DNA of 64,000 nt from contig OY762825.2 of assembly GCA_963666425.2 (NCBI GenBank), positions 736,001-800,000 on the forward strand, written 5' to 3'. Of this stretch, positions 29,337-39,127 are shown one piece after another; the stretch's first letter is position 1, and the number at the start of each line of letters is the position of its first letter. The position numbers and the translations under genes were made by a program. Below the pieces are notes generated by a model. That model ran no database searches. It saw nothing but the letters and a program-made list of their open reading frames with translations, and was not told the DNA's origin. The stretch is from Bacillota bacterium. GTDB lineage: Bacteria; Bacillota; JAAYKD01.

Positions 29337-31079
29337 ATGTCTATCGTCAATCTGACCATCAATGGCTTACCGGTCTCCGTTGCAGCCGGTACTACAATTT
29401 TGGATGCCGCAAAAACCATCGGCATAAAAATTCCCTCGCTCTGCTATATGAATTTACCGGATGTTGACGTGAAATGCCAGTCCAGTTCCTGCCGTGTCTG
29501 TTTGGTGGAAATCGTCGGGCGCAAGAATCTGGCTCCCTCCTGCTCCACCAATGTGATCGAAGGCATGGTCATCCGTACGGACTCTGCACGTGCCGTGGAA
29601 ACCCGTAAAACCATCCTGGAACTGCTGCTTTCGAACCATCCGCACAACTGCCTGACTTGTAAACGCAACGATTCCTGCGAATTGAAAGCGCTTTCCAGCG
29701 AAATGGGCGTTGAACATTTACCCTTTGAGTCGCCGGTTCCCGAAGCGGTAGCGGATACTTCCAGTTTTTCCATCGTGCGGGACACCACAAAGTGTATCCT
29801 CTGCCGACGCTGCGAAACAGTTTGCAACGAAGTGCAAAAAATGGGCATCTATTCCGGTGTACGCCGTGGTTATGACACACGCATTGATACCGCCTTCCAT
29901 ATCCCCATGATTGACACATCCTGCACTTTCTGCGGACAATGTGTTGCCGTCTGCCCTACCGCTGCTTTAACCGAAGTGGATAACGGTCCTGCTGTATTTA
30001 AAGAAATCCGCAATCCGGATAAAATTGTGGTAGTGCAAACTGCTCCTGCCGTGCGGGTCGCTTTGGGCGAAGAATTTGGTTATCCGTCCGGCACTAATGT
30101 TACCGGCAAAATGGTAACTGCGTTAAAACGCCTGGGCTTTGATAAGGTTGTTGATACCGATTTTGCCGCTGATCTGACCATTATGGAAGAAGCCACAGAG
30201 TTGATCACCCGTATCAAAGAAGGCGGCGTTCTGCCCATGATGACCAGTTGCTGCCCGGCCTGGATTAAATTTATGGAACACAAATTCCCCGACCTGCTGC
30301 CTCATCTTTCCACCTGCAAATCTCCGCACGAAATGTTAGGCGCTATCTTAAAAGCGTATTATGCCGAGAAACTGGGCTACGATCTGAAGAATTTGGTTGT
30401 TGTTTCCGTCATGCCGTGTTTGGCTAAAAAATACGAAAATAACCGCCCGGAGTTGAGCAATCAAGCCTTACAGGATGTCGATATCGTCATCTCAACCCGC
30501 GAATTGGCCCACATGATCAAACACTCCGGTATCCAATTTGACGCTTTGAGCGATAGTGAATTTGACCGTCCGATGGGAGAAAGCAGCGGTGCTTCCGTTA
30601 TTTTTGGCAACACCGGTGGTGTGATGGAAGCGGCTCTGCGCACAGCTTATGAAACCCTGACCGGCCAGCGCCTGGAAAAAGTAGAATTCTGTGCTGTGCG
30701 TGGTTTTGAAGGCATCAAAGAAGCGACTGTGATGATCGGTGACTTGCCTGTCAAGGTTGCCATTGCCAATACGCTGCGCAATGCCAGAACCTTAATGGAA
30801 TCGATCCAGGATGGCAGCTGTCCGTATCATTTTATCGAAGTCATGGCTTGCCCCGGCGGTTGTATCGGCGGAGCCGGCCAGCCCTACCATCATGGCAATA
30901 TGGAAATTTTAAAAGCAAGAGCTGCCGGTTTGTATCGTGCGGATGAAGCCAAAACAATTCGCCGTTCACACGAGAATGTCGATCTGCAGAAACTCTACGC
31001 TGATTTTCTTGGTCAGCCGAACAGTCACAAAGCGCACGAATTACTGCATACGCATTATATCCAACGCAAACGCGACTAA
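29337..31079 (+). CDS. hydA: Group A [FeFe]-hydrogenase catalytic subunit
   Basis: H-cluster motifs TSCCPAW, MPCLAKKYE, EVMACPGGCIGGAGQP; N-terminal Fe-S domains. Confidence 0.95.
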   Translation: MSIVNLTINGLPVSVAAGTTILDAAKTIGIKIPSLCYMNLPDVDVKCQSSSCRVCLVEIVGRKNLAPSCSTNVIEGMVIRTDSARAVETRKTILELLLSNHPHNCLTCKRNDSCELKALSSEMGVEHLPFESPVPEAVADTSSFSIVRDTTKCILCRRCETVCNEVQKMGIYSGVRRGYDTRIDTAFHIPMIDTSCTFCGQCVAVCPTAALTEVDNGPAVFKEIRNPDKIVVVQTAPAVRVALGEEFGYPSGTNVTGKMVTALKRLGFDKVVDTDFAADLTIMEEATELITRIKEGGVLPMMTSCCPAWIKFMEHKFPDLLPHLSTCKSPHEMLGAILKAYYAEKLGYDLKNLVVVSVMPCLAKKYENNRPELSNQALQDVDIVISTRELAHMIKHSGIQFDALSDSEFDRPMGESSGASVIFGNTGGVMEAALRTAYETLTGQRLEKVEFCAVRGFEGIKEATVMIGDLPVKVAIANTLRNARTLMESIQDGSCPYHFIEVMACPGGCIGGAGQPYHHGNMEILKARAAGLYRADEAKTIRRSHENVDLQKLYADFLGQPNSHKAHELLHTHYIQRKRD

Positions 31080-31085
31080 AAGGCA

Positions 31086-31125
31086 GGCGGTTCAGGCAAC
31101 AAAGTTGCCTGAACCGCCATTTTCT
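31086..31125 (+). terminator. Terminator of the hyd operon
   Basis: GGCGGTTCAGGCAAC-aaa-GTTGCCTGAACCGCC followed by a T-rich tail. Confidence 0.85.
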
Positions 31126-31191
31126 TTCCCCTGGCAAAATGAAAAGTAACGATGCCACCCCAAAAGTGACACCGTTGCTTTTTTTACTGGT

Positions 31192-31782
31192 TTATTTCAT
31201 ACTGTTCGCCATCATGGGAATCGCGATGGTCACTTCATTTTGGTTCGGCCATACGCAATGCAAGGTATAGTAGAGATAGGTATATTCGCCATATGTTACC
31301 TGAAAGCTCGCACTGCCACCGCTGCCTTTTTCCTCTTTGCTCAGTTTCACTTCGGCGGTAAGGTCAGTTACCGGTTGCTGTGCGTCAGGCTGCAGGATAT
31401 CAAAGGTATAAAAATCACGTTCCAGTTTGATCTCCTGTGGCAAATTGGTGAGAAACTGTAGGTTCACCTTGCTGCCTTGAGCTATGACCTGCGGCAAGCT
31501 GTTCTCAGTCACAAACTGCTGATGAAAAACGGTCCGGTAAGCATCAAATACGTAAACTTGATCCTGCCAGCGGGCCGTGAGAATCAAATAATCTTTCACC
31601 TCTTTGACCACACCGCTTAATTCGGCAGTAATTTTCAGAGATAGTTCCGGTACGAAATTTCTCTCCGGTTCTGCTTGCGTTTCCGGTTCAAGCGGTTTTG
31701 GGCTGAAATAGTAGACTGACAATCCCGCCGCGAGCAAAAGTAAAACCACCAGGCCAAGCCATACATTCCGATTCATCTTCAT
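31192..31782 (-). CDS. Hypothetical exported or membrane-anchored protein
   Basis: N-terminal hydrophobic helix VWLGLVVLLLLAAGLSVYY; AAGGAG RBS. Confidence 0.7.
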   Translation of the reverse strand: MKMNRNVWLGLVVLLLLAAGLSVYYFSPKPLEPETQAEPERNFVPELSLKITAELSGVVKEVKDYLILTARWQDQVYVFDAYRTVFHQQFVTENSLPQVIAQGSKVNLQFLTNLPQEIKLERDFYTFDILQPDAQQPVTDLTAEVKLSKEEKGSGGSASFQVTYGEYTYLYYTLHCVWPNQNEVTIAIPMMANSMK

Positions 31783-32147
31783 ATTGCTCACTCCTTTCCC
31801 GGTTTCGACTGCTTTGCCGCTGATGCAAAGCTATTTAGAACAAGATATTTTGCATTGCTGCTGTTTCTTACTTCATCAGATCGTCTCGCTTGACAAGGTG
31901 AGTTGCTGTGGCTTGACATGGATATTGCCTTTAACTCAAAATAATCTCCGGTTTTCTCTCGATGAATTCGGACTTTTTCAGGTTACATTTTCAAAAAATA
32001 AATCATGATTTAAGCGATTCAAATATTGTTTTTCTTGCTGAAATATGATAAAATCAGATTACGCTCTTTTTTATTCGATAATACATCCTATGATAAAAGC
32101 ATCAACCTTAAAACCGTCGCATTGCTGTTGATAAGGAGGATCTCATT

Positions 32148-33116
32148 TTGATTAGTGTGACTGACTATGCCTTAACTACTCTGACAGCCAGATATGATAC
32201 GAAACCGGATCTTTTGACCTTTCTCGGCGGAGGCAGAGAAGATTCCGATGGTATTGTTTATAGCTTCCCAGTGCGCAAGGGGAAAATGGTCCTGAAAATT
32301 ATCGCAATACCGCAGGATGATTTTACGACTCTCAGAAAGTTGGACACCAGATTGAGATTCGCAGATTATCTGGGCAAAGGTGGCATTGCGATCGCTTGCC
32401 CTGTAAAAGATTCGTATGGCAATCTTTACGAAACTTTTTACGACCACAATACGATCTATACCAGTTATATGATGCAATTTTGCGAAGGTAAAAGCCCAAA
32501 ATGCGCAGAATTAACAGGAAAAATCGCGGAGTCCTGGGGAAAATTAATCGGTAGAACACACCGAATCAGTAAAGATTTCAGCAAAAACCTGGCACCGACG
32601 TCGTTATTTGGCTGGAACCAGGAAATAAATGCCCTCCGTAATCGCTGTCAAGATCCGGAGATCAAACAAAAATGGCAGGAAATGGATCAGCAATTTGACT
32701 TGTTCCCGAATAGCCCCGACGACCTGGGTTTTATCCACAATGACAACCATCAAATGAACATATTGTTATCCGGCTCGGAACTGATACTGCTCGATTTCGA
32801 TGTAGCCAATCTCGGCTTTTTCATGTCGGATATCGCCACAGCGCTGCAGGGGATGCTATTTGATTACGGCGGTATGCATTGTCCTTGTAGAGAACCAGAG
32901 CGCATCAAGCGCTTTGTCGCTGCTTTTCTGAACGGATATGAGCAGGAGAATCACTTGGCACCTGCCTGGCTGAATCAATTTGAAACCTTTATCGCCTACC
33001 GCCGCTTGCTCTTATTTACTGTGATGCAGGATTATCTCAATACGAAACCGGATTTGAAAGAAGCCTTCAAAACAGCGCTTTTGCTAAGCCCGACTGATAA
33101 TTCTCTTTACGTTTAA
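32148..33116 (+). CDS. APH/homoserine-kinase-like phosphotransferase
   Basis: WGK.IGR.H, GFIHND.HQ.NIL, LLDFD; AAGGAGG RBS with TTG start. Confidence 0.85.
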   Translation: MISVTDYALTTLTARYDTKPDLLTFLGGGREDSDGIVYSFPVRKGKMVLKIIAIPQDDFTTLRKLDTRLRFADYLGKGGIAIACPVKDSYGNLYETFYDHNTIYTSYMMQFCEGKSPKCAELTGKIAESWGKLIGRTHRISKDFSKNLAPTSLFGWNQEINALRNRCQDPEIKQKWQEMDQQFDLFPNSPDDLGFIHNDNHQMNILLSGSELILLDFDVANLGFFMSDIATALQGMLFDYGGMHCPCREPERIKRFVAAFLNGYEQENHLAPAWLNQFETFIAYRRLLLFTVMQDYLNTKPDLKEAFKTALLLSPTDNSLYV

Positions 33117-33225
33117 ATGGAACAGAGAACAGAATGGTCCTGATGACCGGCTGACTATTGTCAAAAGAAGCACCGAACACAACTAGAATTAGCTTGTGCT
33201 TTGTGCTTCTTCTTTATACCTTGGT

Positions 33226-35880
33226 TTATTCAACAAAGATGGTTTGCTCCCCTTGCTGCCAAGTTACTGTCAAACCTAAAAACTCCAAACAGCGGATATG
33301 GATAAACGTGCGATCATTGATGATCTGCGGAGCAGTCACCGGTATACCTGTCCGGGGATTGCTGCTGTAGACGACATCATCCAATTCTACTTTGGCTTGC
33401 CCGACCCACATTTTCAATTGATGTCCGTGCAGGATAACCGTGGTACAGCGTTCGTTCTCCTCAAAGGAAATCGTACCGCCAAATGCTTCCACAACCGCCC
33501 GCAACGGAAGTAAAGTTGTGTAGTTCAATAAAATCGGTACAGTAGCACGGCCGGGGTCCACTTCCTGCAATTTACCCATCGCCAACATGGTTTCCCAACC
33601 GATACGCAGCACAAGCTGATTGGCTTTGCCAGTTAGCGGCCGCAGGACGGTCTGCCAATCCTGATAGACCATCTGTTCTCCCTTGCCGAGCTGTCCGCTC
33701 ACACCGCTGCCGAACAAGAATAAAGTGCCATCCCGTGCAAGCGCATAAGTCGCATACTCATTTGATACCGCGCTGCTGATATTTTCCATCAATTTTGCCG
33801 GTTTATTGATCTGCAGTGGGTTCTCTTCCAGCAACTGCCCGTAATTGTTGGCACCCCAGCCAAAAAGAGTTCCCTCCAAGCCAATAGCTAAACTGGTGTT
33901 TGCTTCGGCACTGACGCAGCGAATGGCATCCATCACCTTAACAGGCAGATTTTGTGGTTCATAGGTCCCAATCCCCAATTGACCGGCCGCATTGGCGCCG
34001 CAGGCAAAGACGGTGCCATCCAGCAGAACATAAAGCGTTGAGGCACTTCCTGCCGCTGCCTGGGATACCGCTTCATCCAATAACTGCGGCTTTGTGCGGG
34101 GAACGTTATCACCCAAGCCCAGCTGCCCGGCTGTATTATCACCCCAGACCCAGAGAGAATCGTCCGCTAGAATCGCCATGCTGTGCTCATCACCGGCGGC
34201 AATCGATTCTACGCCGCTCATCAATAAAACCGGTTCCTTACAGACAGTGATGGCGTCCCCCAATCCCAGCTGACCTTTGGCATTATCACCCCAGACCCAG
34301 AGTTCACCGTTTGCTTTTAAGGCCATGCTGTGGTTTTTTCCACCCACAACCTGCACGGTTGGATTGGTTTCCACCAAATAGGAAATACTGTCCGTAGCCC
34401 CGGTTAGGTTCGTTACCGTTTCTGTTTTGCTTTTCACATGCAGAGGATCGACGAACAATTGTGCCGGGATTTGGCTATTAACATTGGACCGATTGCCCAA
34501 TTGATAATGATCATTGATTCCCCAGAGCCATAAGCCGCCGTTGGTATCGATTGCAGCGCTGTGATTGCTGCCGCTGCCGATACTGCTGATGCCGCTTTTC
34601 AGCAGAGTAAGTGCACCGACTGCGACCGCGGCACCGAGTCCCAGCTGACCGGCGCCGTTCTCACCCCAAGTATAGAGCTCGCCATTCTGTTTTAGTGCCA
34701 GAACATGGCTGTTCCCGGCTGCTACTGCTTTGACATTTTGCAGAACCGCTGTCGCGGTCGCCTCTTTCAGTGGTTTGCCATTACCCAGCTGTCCTTTGCG
34801 ATTGTCCCCCACAGCATACAGAATGCCGTCCTGCTGTAATGCCAGCAGATGATATGCACCGGCTGAAATTTTCAGGATGCCATGTTGGACCACCGTAGGC
34901 GTGGCACTGCTTTTCTGATTGCCGGTCCCCAACTGGCCGAAGTCATTATTCCCCCAAGTCAGTAAGTCACCGTTCTGAAAGAGTGCCGCGGAATAATACT
35001 CACCGGCTGAAACAGCAAGCACCTTTTCCGCCAACAGTTTTCGCGGTATACTGCTTTGCAGCAGATCGCTATAGCCCAATTGACCATCTTTATTATATCC
35101 CCAGGTCCATAAAGAACCATCCTCTTTGACCGCCAGGCTGTGCCAACCGCCGGTTGCTGCAGTCACGACATTTTCCAGTACGCGCGCAGGCTTTTTCACA
35201 GCGGTCAGATTACCTAAACCCAACTGGCCATAATCGTTGCGGCCCCAGCACCAAAGTGAGTGATCGGCAGCGAGAGCCAGCACCTGATAATCTCCCGCCC
35301 AGACTTTTGCCATATTGCTCATCACCGAAGCCGGAATACTTTTTTGTGTGGTAGAATCGTTGCCCAGCTGACCGTAACTATTATCTCCCCAGGCAAATAA
35401 TTCACCCTTCACCGTCACCGCTAGGCTGAATTCATGTCCGGCAGCGATCGCGCTGACTGTTTCAAACAGCAAGCGGGTCGGTGTAGTTTGCGCTGCCGTC
35501 GTAGCAAGTCCTAGCTGGCCACGACTGTTCCAGCCCCAAACATAAATTTCACCTGTTTTTGTCAAAGCAATACTGTGAAAAGCTCCGGCCGCGGCAACAG
35601 CGATATTGCTCATAATATGCACCGGTTCGGTATGACTGATGGTATCTCCTGTCCCCAATTGATAATAACGGTTATCACCCCAAGCCCATAATTCACCGTC
35701 GTTCGTCACGGCGAGCGTATGGGTACTGCCGGCTGATAGAGATGCCCAATCATAAGTCGGCACTTCAGAAGAAGCCTTTGCCAGAGGGAGATTGCCCACC
35801 GTCAGGCTGCAGCTCAACACAATCAGTATCACAGTTCGCAGCATCCGTTTTAGCCGTCTTCCGGCTGCTTTCGCTGTCAC
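33226..35880 (-). CDS. Secreted RCC1/BLIP-II-repeat protein with a C-terminal copper-amine-oxidase-N (stalk) domain
   Basis: About 14 repeats of AG..HSLA....G.LW.WG.N..GQLG; signal peptide; C-terminal LPLRAVVEAFG and P.IINDRTF. Start taken at GTG 35880 after GGAGG. Confidence 0.85.
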   Translation of the reverse strand: MTAKAAGRRLKRMLRTVILIVLSCSLTVGNLPLAKASSEVPTYDWASLSAGSTHTLAVTNDGELWAWGDNRYYQLGTGDTISHTEPVHIMSNIAVAAAGAFHSIALTKTGEIYVWGWNSRGQLGLATTAAQTTPTRLLFETVSAIAAGHEFSLAVTVKGELFAWGDNSYGQLGNDSTTQKSIPASVMSNMAKVWAGDYQVLALAADHSLWCWGRNDYGQLGLGNLTAVKKPARVLENVVTAATGGWHSLAVKEDGSLWTWGYNKDGQLGYSDLLQSSIPRKLLAEKVLAVSAGEYYSAALFQNGDLLTWGNNDFGQLGTGNQKSSATPTVVQHGILKISAGAYHLLALQQDGILYAVGDNRKGQLGNGKPLKEATATAVLQNVKAVAAGNSHVLALKQNGELYTWGENGAGQLGLGAAVAVGALTLLKSGISSIGSGSNHSAAIDTNGGLWLWGINDHYQLGNRSNVNSQIPAQLFVDPLHVKSKTETVTNLTGATDSISYLVETNPTVQVVGGKNHSMALKANGELWVWGDNAKGQLGLGDAITVCKEPVLLMSGVESIAAGDEHSMAILADDSLWVWGDNTAGQLGLGDNVPRTKPQLLDEAVSQAAAGSASTLYVLLDGTVFACGANAAGQLGIGTYEPQNLPVKVMDAIRCVSAEANTSLAIGLEGTLFGWGANNYGQLLEENPLQINKPAKLMENISSAVSNEYATYALARDGTLFLFGSGVSGQLGKGEQMVYQDWQTVLRPLTGKANQLVLRIGWETMLAMGKLQEVDPGRATVPILLNYTTLLPLRAVVEAFGGTISFEENERCTTVILHGHQLKMWVGQAKVELDDVVYSSNPRTGIPVTAPQIINDRTFIHIRCLEFLGLTVTWQQGEQTIFVE

Positions 35881-35915
35881 TTCCTTCGCCTCCATTCTCT
35901 CTTTCGTTCTGCTGG

Positions 35916-36668
35916 TTAACCTCGTATCGCAATCAGTATGGTAGAAGGTGAATTTTCCTGCCAACTGCTGGCATCCATTCCTCCGTAAAAATCAATGACA
36001 CTGAAACCGGCTTCATTCAGCATCTTCTGCATCTGCAGCCGCCGGATTGGGTAAAGAATGATCTGTTGATAGGAAAGTTCCTTGGCATCAATCCGCAGCA
36101 ACGACAATCGGGTCGTCAGACAAAGGTCCCCTTCCGGCTGCAGTTCCAGATGACGTTTTAAACGAATCCCCACTTCGGTATTGGCCAGATCCGGCAGATC
36201 CTGCTCCTTGCTTGCTGCCAGCAGGTCATAATTGAATAACTGCATGACTAAGCGGCCGCCTTTCGTCAGCAATTTGGCTGCCTGTTGGAAAAAATCGCTG
36301 TACTCCGCTTCATCCTGCAGGACAGCGGAGGCATTATTCAAACAAAGTATGACATGATAACTGCCGTTGCTGCCAGGTAAATGCAGTAAGGGAGCAGCCT
36401 CAAATTGCAGCGCCCGCGGTACACGATCACGGTTAGAGAAAGCAATCGCTTTTGCCAACATCGCCTGTTCACTTTCAACTGCAGTCACCACAGCTCCGTT
36501 CACCGCCAAGAGATGCGCCAGTTCACCGCCGCCACAGGCTGCATCCAGCACATGAGCCGTCGAGATATTGCCGATTTCCCTGCTTAAAAAGTCTACCATC
36601 TCCAGGGACGGTTGTAGCAAAGCTGCATAATAATCAATAAACCCATTCATTAAATCGGACATTTTCAT
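35916..36668 (-). CDS. Class I SAM-dependent methyltransferase
   Basis: VLDAACGGG motif I, L.KGGRL, L.EAGF. Confidence 0.85.
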   Translation of the reverse strand: MKMSDLMNGFIDYYAALLQPSLEMVDFLSREIGNISTAHVLDAACGGGELAHLLAVNGAVVTAVESEQAMLAKAIAFSNRDRVPRALQFEAAPLLHLPGSNGSYHVILCLNNASAVLQDEAEYSDFFQQAAKLLTKGGRLVMQLFNYDLLAASKEQDLPDLANTEVGIRLKRHLELQPEGDLCLTTRLSLLRIDAKELSYQQIILYPIRRLQMQKMLNEAGFSVIDFYGGMDASSWQENSPSTILIAIRG

Positions 36669-36693
36669 CCCTCCAAAATGGTTACTTTTCGAA

Positions 36694-37572
36694 TCAATCT
36701 CTTAAAAATTTCCGTGCCAGACTGAGGAACTCCTCCTTTAGAAAGAAAGAATTCTCTTTTCGATAGATCAGGGAATTGCAGCGGGCGGCAGGGATAAATC
36801 TCTCTCGATAGATCACCTGTAATTTCCCTCGTTCAATGGCTTCCTTGACCGCTCGCAGCGGCAAGAGAGAATAACCTAAACCGGCAATTGCCATTTCACG
36901 CAGCGCTTCGATGCTGTCCATCTCCATCACATTCTGGGGAACAAATTGATGCGCGGCGAAAAAGTCATCAATATAGGTACGGAAACCGGTACCGCGCGTA
37001 AAAATCAGCCAGGGTCCGACGGCGAGTTGGGCCAGGTCTTCCGTCACCAGAGATGGTGTTGCCACCAGCACCATCGCATCATGAAACAACGGTTCGATCT
37101 GTAAATGATGGTGAATGACTTTAGAACTGACTAAGCCGATATGAGCAATCCCTTCATCGACCATGCGCACTGTTTCGGTGGTTTTACCGGCAAAAACAGC
37201 CAGCTGAGCCTTGGGATAAGCGCGTCGAAAAGCAGTTAAAACTTCCGGCAATAAATAAGCTACCGTCACACTGCCCGCCGCTACCACCAAACGGCCTTGT
37301 AAAGGGTCGATCGCCTGTGCCGCTTGTTGCTGCAATTCTTCTACTTGTTGGATTACGCTGCGCGCTTGCGGTAAAATCAGTTGTCCCAGAGGGCTTAAAC
37401 TCAACTGCCTGCCTTGCCGGACGAATAATTCACCGCCCAAATCGCGTTCCAGCATTTGAATTTGTTTACTGACCGCAGGTTGGCTCAAACAGAGGATTTC
37501 TCCCGCCCGGGTCATATTGAGCGTCTCAGCGGTCCGACAAAATGCCTGCAGATGCTGAAAATCCATTTGCAT
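36694..37572 (-). CDS. LysR-family transcriptional regulator
   Basis: NMTRAGE.L.LSQPAVSKQI..LE..LG..LFVR. Confidence 0.92.
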   Translation of the reverse strand: MQMDFQHLQAFCRTAETLNMTRAGEILCLSQPAVSKQIQMLERDLGGELFVRQGRQLSLSPLGQLILPQARSVIQQVEELQQQAAQAIDPLQGRLVVAAGSVTVAYLLPEVLTAFRRAYPKAQLAVFAGKTTETVRMVDEGIAHIGLVSSKVIHHHLQIEPLFHDAMVLVATPSLVTEDLAQLAVGPWLIFTRGTGFRTYIDDFFAAHQFVPQNVMEMDSIEALREMAIAGLGYSLLPLRAVKEAIERGKLQVIYRERFIPAARCNSLIYRKENSFFLKEEFLSLARKFLRD

Positions 37573-37737
37573 CCCTCCTTAAGCATTCCATATTGTTATT
37601 GTTCTATGCAAAAGTATCATTTCCCTTCTTCTAATTAGTTATGATATAATGCAAATGTTGGGTCAGGCCGGTTGACAAAGACGCCGCTGATCTACAAAGC
37701 GCTGATTCGTTCAGCAGCAAGGAAAGGAATGATTTTC

Positions 37738-39006
37738 ATGTCCGTTCGTGCGATCGTTGGTGCCCAGTGGGGTGATGAAGGCAAGGGTAAAATCGTCGAT
37801 TTACTGGCGCAGGATGCTGATGTTGTAATTCGCTTTCAAGGCGGCGATAATGCCGGTCATACTGTGGTCAACCCCTTTGGCAAATTTGCGCTGCATTTGG
37901 TTCCCTGCGGGATTTTCAATCCGAAAGTTTTAAATATTATCGGTACCGGTACGGTCATCGATCCCGCCAATTTGCTGGCAGAGCTGCGTAAACTGCATGC
38001 AGCCGGCGTGGCGACTGAAAATTTGATCATATCGAACCGTGCTCATTTATCTCTGCCTCTTTACAGCCGTCTGGATCAGCTGTTGGAAAAAGCGCGCGGC
38101 GGCAACGCACAGGGTTCCACTCTGCGCGGAATTGCACCGGTTTACGCTGCCAAAGCACTGCGGGTCGGTCTGCAAATGGGTCAAATGCTCGATCGGGAGC
38201 AATTTACCAAGGACCTGTCTGAATTACTGGAACAAGGAAATCACCTGATTAGCAGTTTTTTCGGCGGTGAATTGCTGGATGTCGCCGTCATTGTGCAGCA
38301 ATATCTCGAGTATGCCGAAGCGCTGAAGCCCTACATCAAAGATACCCTACCGGTCATGGCGGCTGCGCTGAAGCAGCAGAAAAATATTCTGCTTGAAGGT
38401 CAATTGGGTGTGATGCGCGATCTGGATTGGGGTATTTATCCCTATAGCACTTCTTCCAATCCTACCGCCGGCGGAGCAGCTTCCGGCGCCGGTATCGCAC
38501 CGCAGCAAATCACCGGTGTCACCGGCATTGTCAAAGCCTTCTCTACCGCTGTCGGAGCGGGACCCTTCCCTGTTGAACTGCAGGATGCAACCGGTGAATA
38601 TCTGCGCAATTTTGGCGAAGAATTCGGCGCCACCACCGGCCGACCACGCCGCTGCGGCTGGCTCGATTTGAATGCCTTACGCTATGCGGCGCAGCTGAAC
38701 GGATTCACCGATATTGCGATTACCAAGCTTGATACCTTGGATCAATTGAAAACACTGAAAGTCTGCACAGCCTACAAGATCGACGGCAAAATTGTCGAGG
38801 GAATGCCACTGGCCTATGAATTAACCAAGGCGGAACCCATTTATATTGAAGTAGCCGGTTGGAACTGCAGCACACAAAATGCCAGATCCTGGCAGGATTT
38901 ACCCGCTGCTACCCAAGCCTATGTGCAATTGATCGAAGAGGCCTGCGGCGTCAAAGCCAGCTGGTTATCGGTTGGGCCATCACGCGAAGCCACCTTCCGG
39001 AGATAA
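37738..39006 (+). CDS. purA: Adenylosuccinate synthetase (EGQLG-variant subfamily)
   Basis: GAQWGDEGKGKIVD, GGDNAGHT, GATTGRPRRCGWLD, TKLD. Confidence 0.92.
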   Translation: MSVRAIVGAQWGDEGKGKIVDLLAQDADVVIRFQGGDNAGHTVVNPFGKFALHLVPCGIFNPKVLNIIGTGTVIDPANLLAELRKLHAAGVATENLIISNRAHLSLPLYSRLDQLLEKARGGNAQGSTLRGIAPVYAAKALRVGLQMGQMLDREQFTKDLSELLEQGNHLISSFFGGELLDVAVIVQQYLEYAEALKPYIKDTLPVMAAALKQQKNILLEGQLGVMRDLDWGIYPYSTSSNPTAGGAASGAGIAPQQITGVTGIVKAFSTAVGAGPFPVELQDATGEYLRNFGEEFGATTGRPRRCGWLDLNALRYAAQLNGFTDIAITKLDTLDQLKTLKVCTAYKIDGKIVEGMPLAYELTKAEPIYIEVAGWNCSTQNARSWQDLPAATQAYVQLIEEACGVKASWLSVGPSREATFRR

Positions 39007-39068
39007 ATTTACCTGCTCTTGCCGACAGCCGCTGATGATCTTGATCTGAGGCAAACAAAAAAATCCGC

Positions 39069-39097
39069 TTGCCTTGGTGAAAAAAAGCTGTTACAAT
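39069..39097 (+). promoter_or_regulatory. Putative promoter of the OsmC-like gene
   Basis: TTGCCT-17bp-TACAAT with an extended -10 TG. Confidence 0.5.
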
Positions 39098-39127
39098 CTA
39101 GGCAAGAGTTGATTGGAGGAAGATCGT

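Noticed and set aside
37738-39006. PurZ (Z-base synthesis) interpretation of the variant purA
   Set aside because: The catalytic Asp in GDEGKG is retained (PurZ has Ser there) and there is no phage context.
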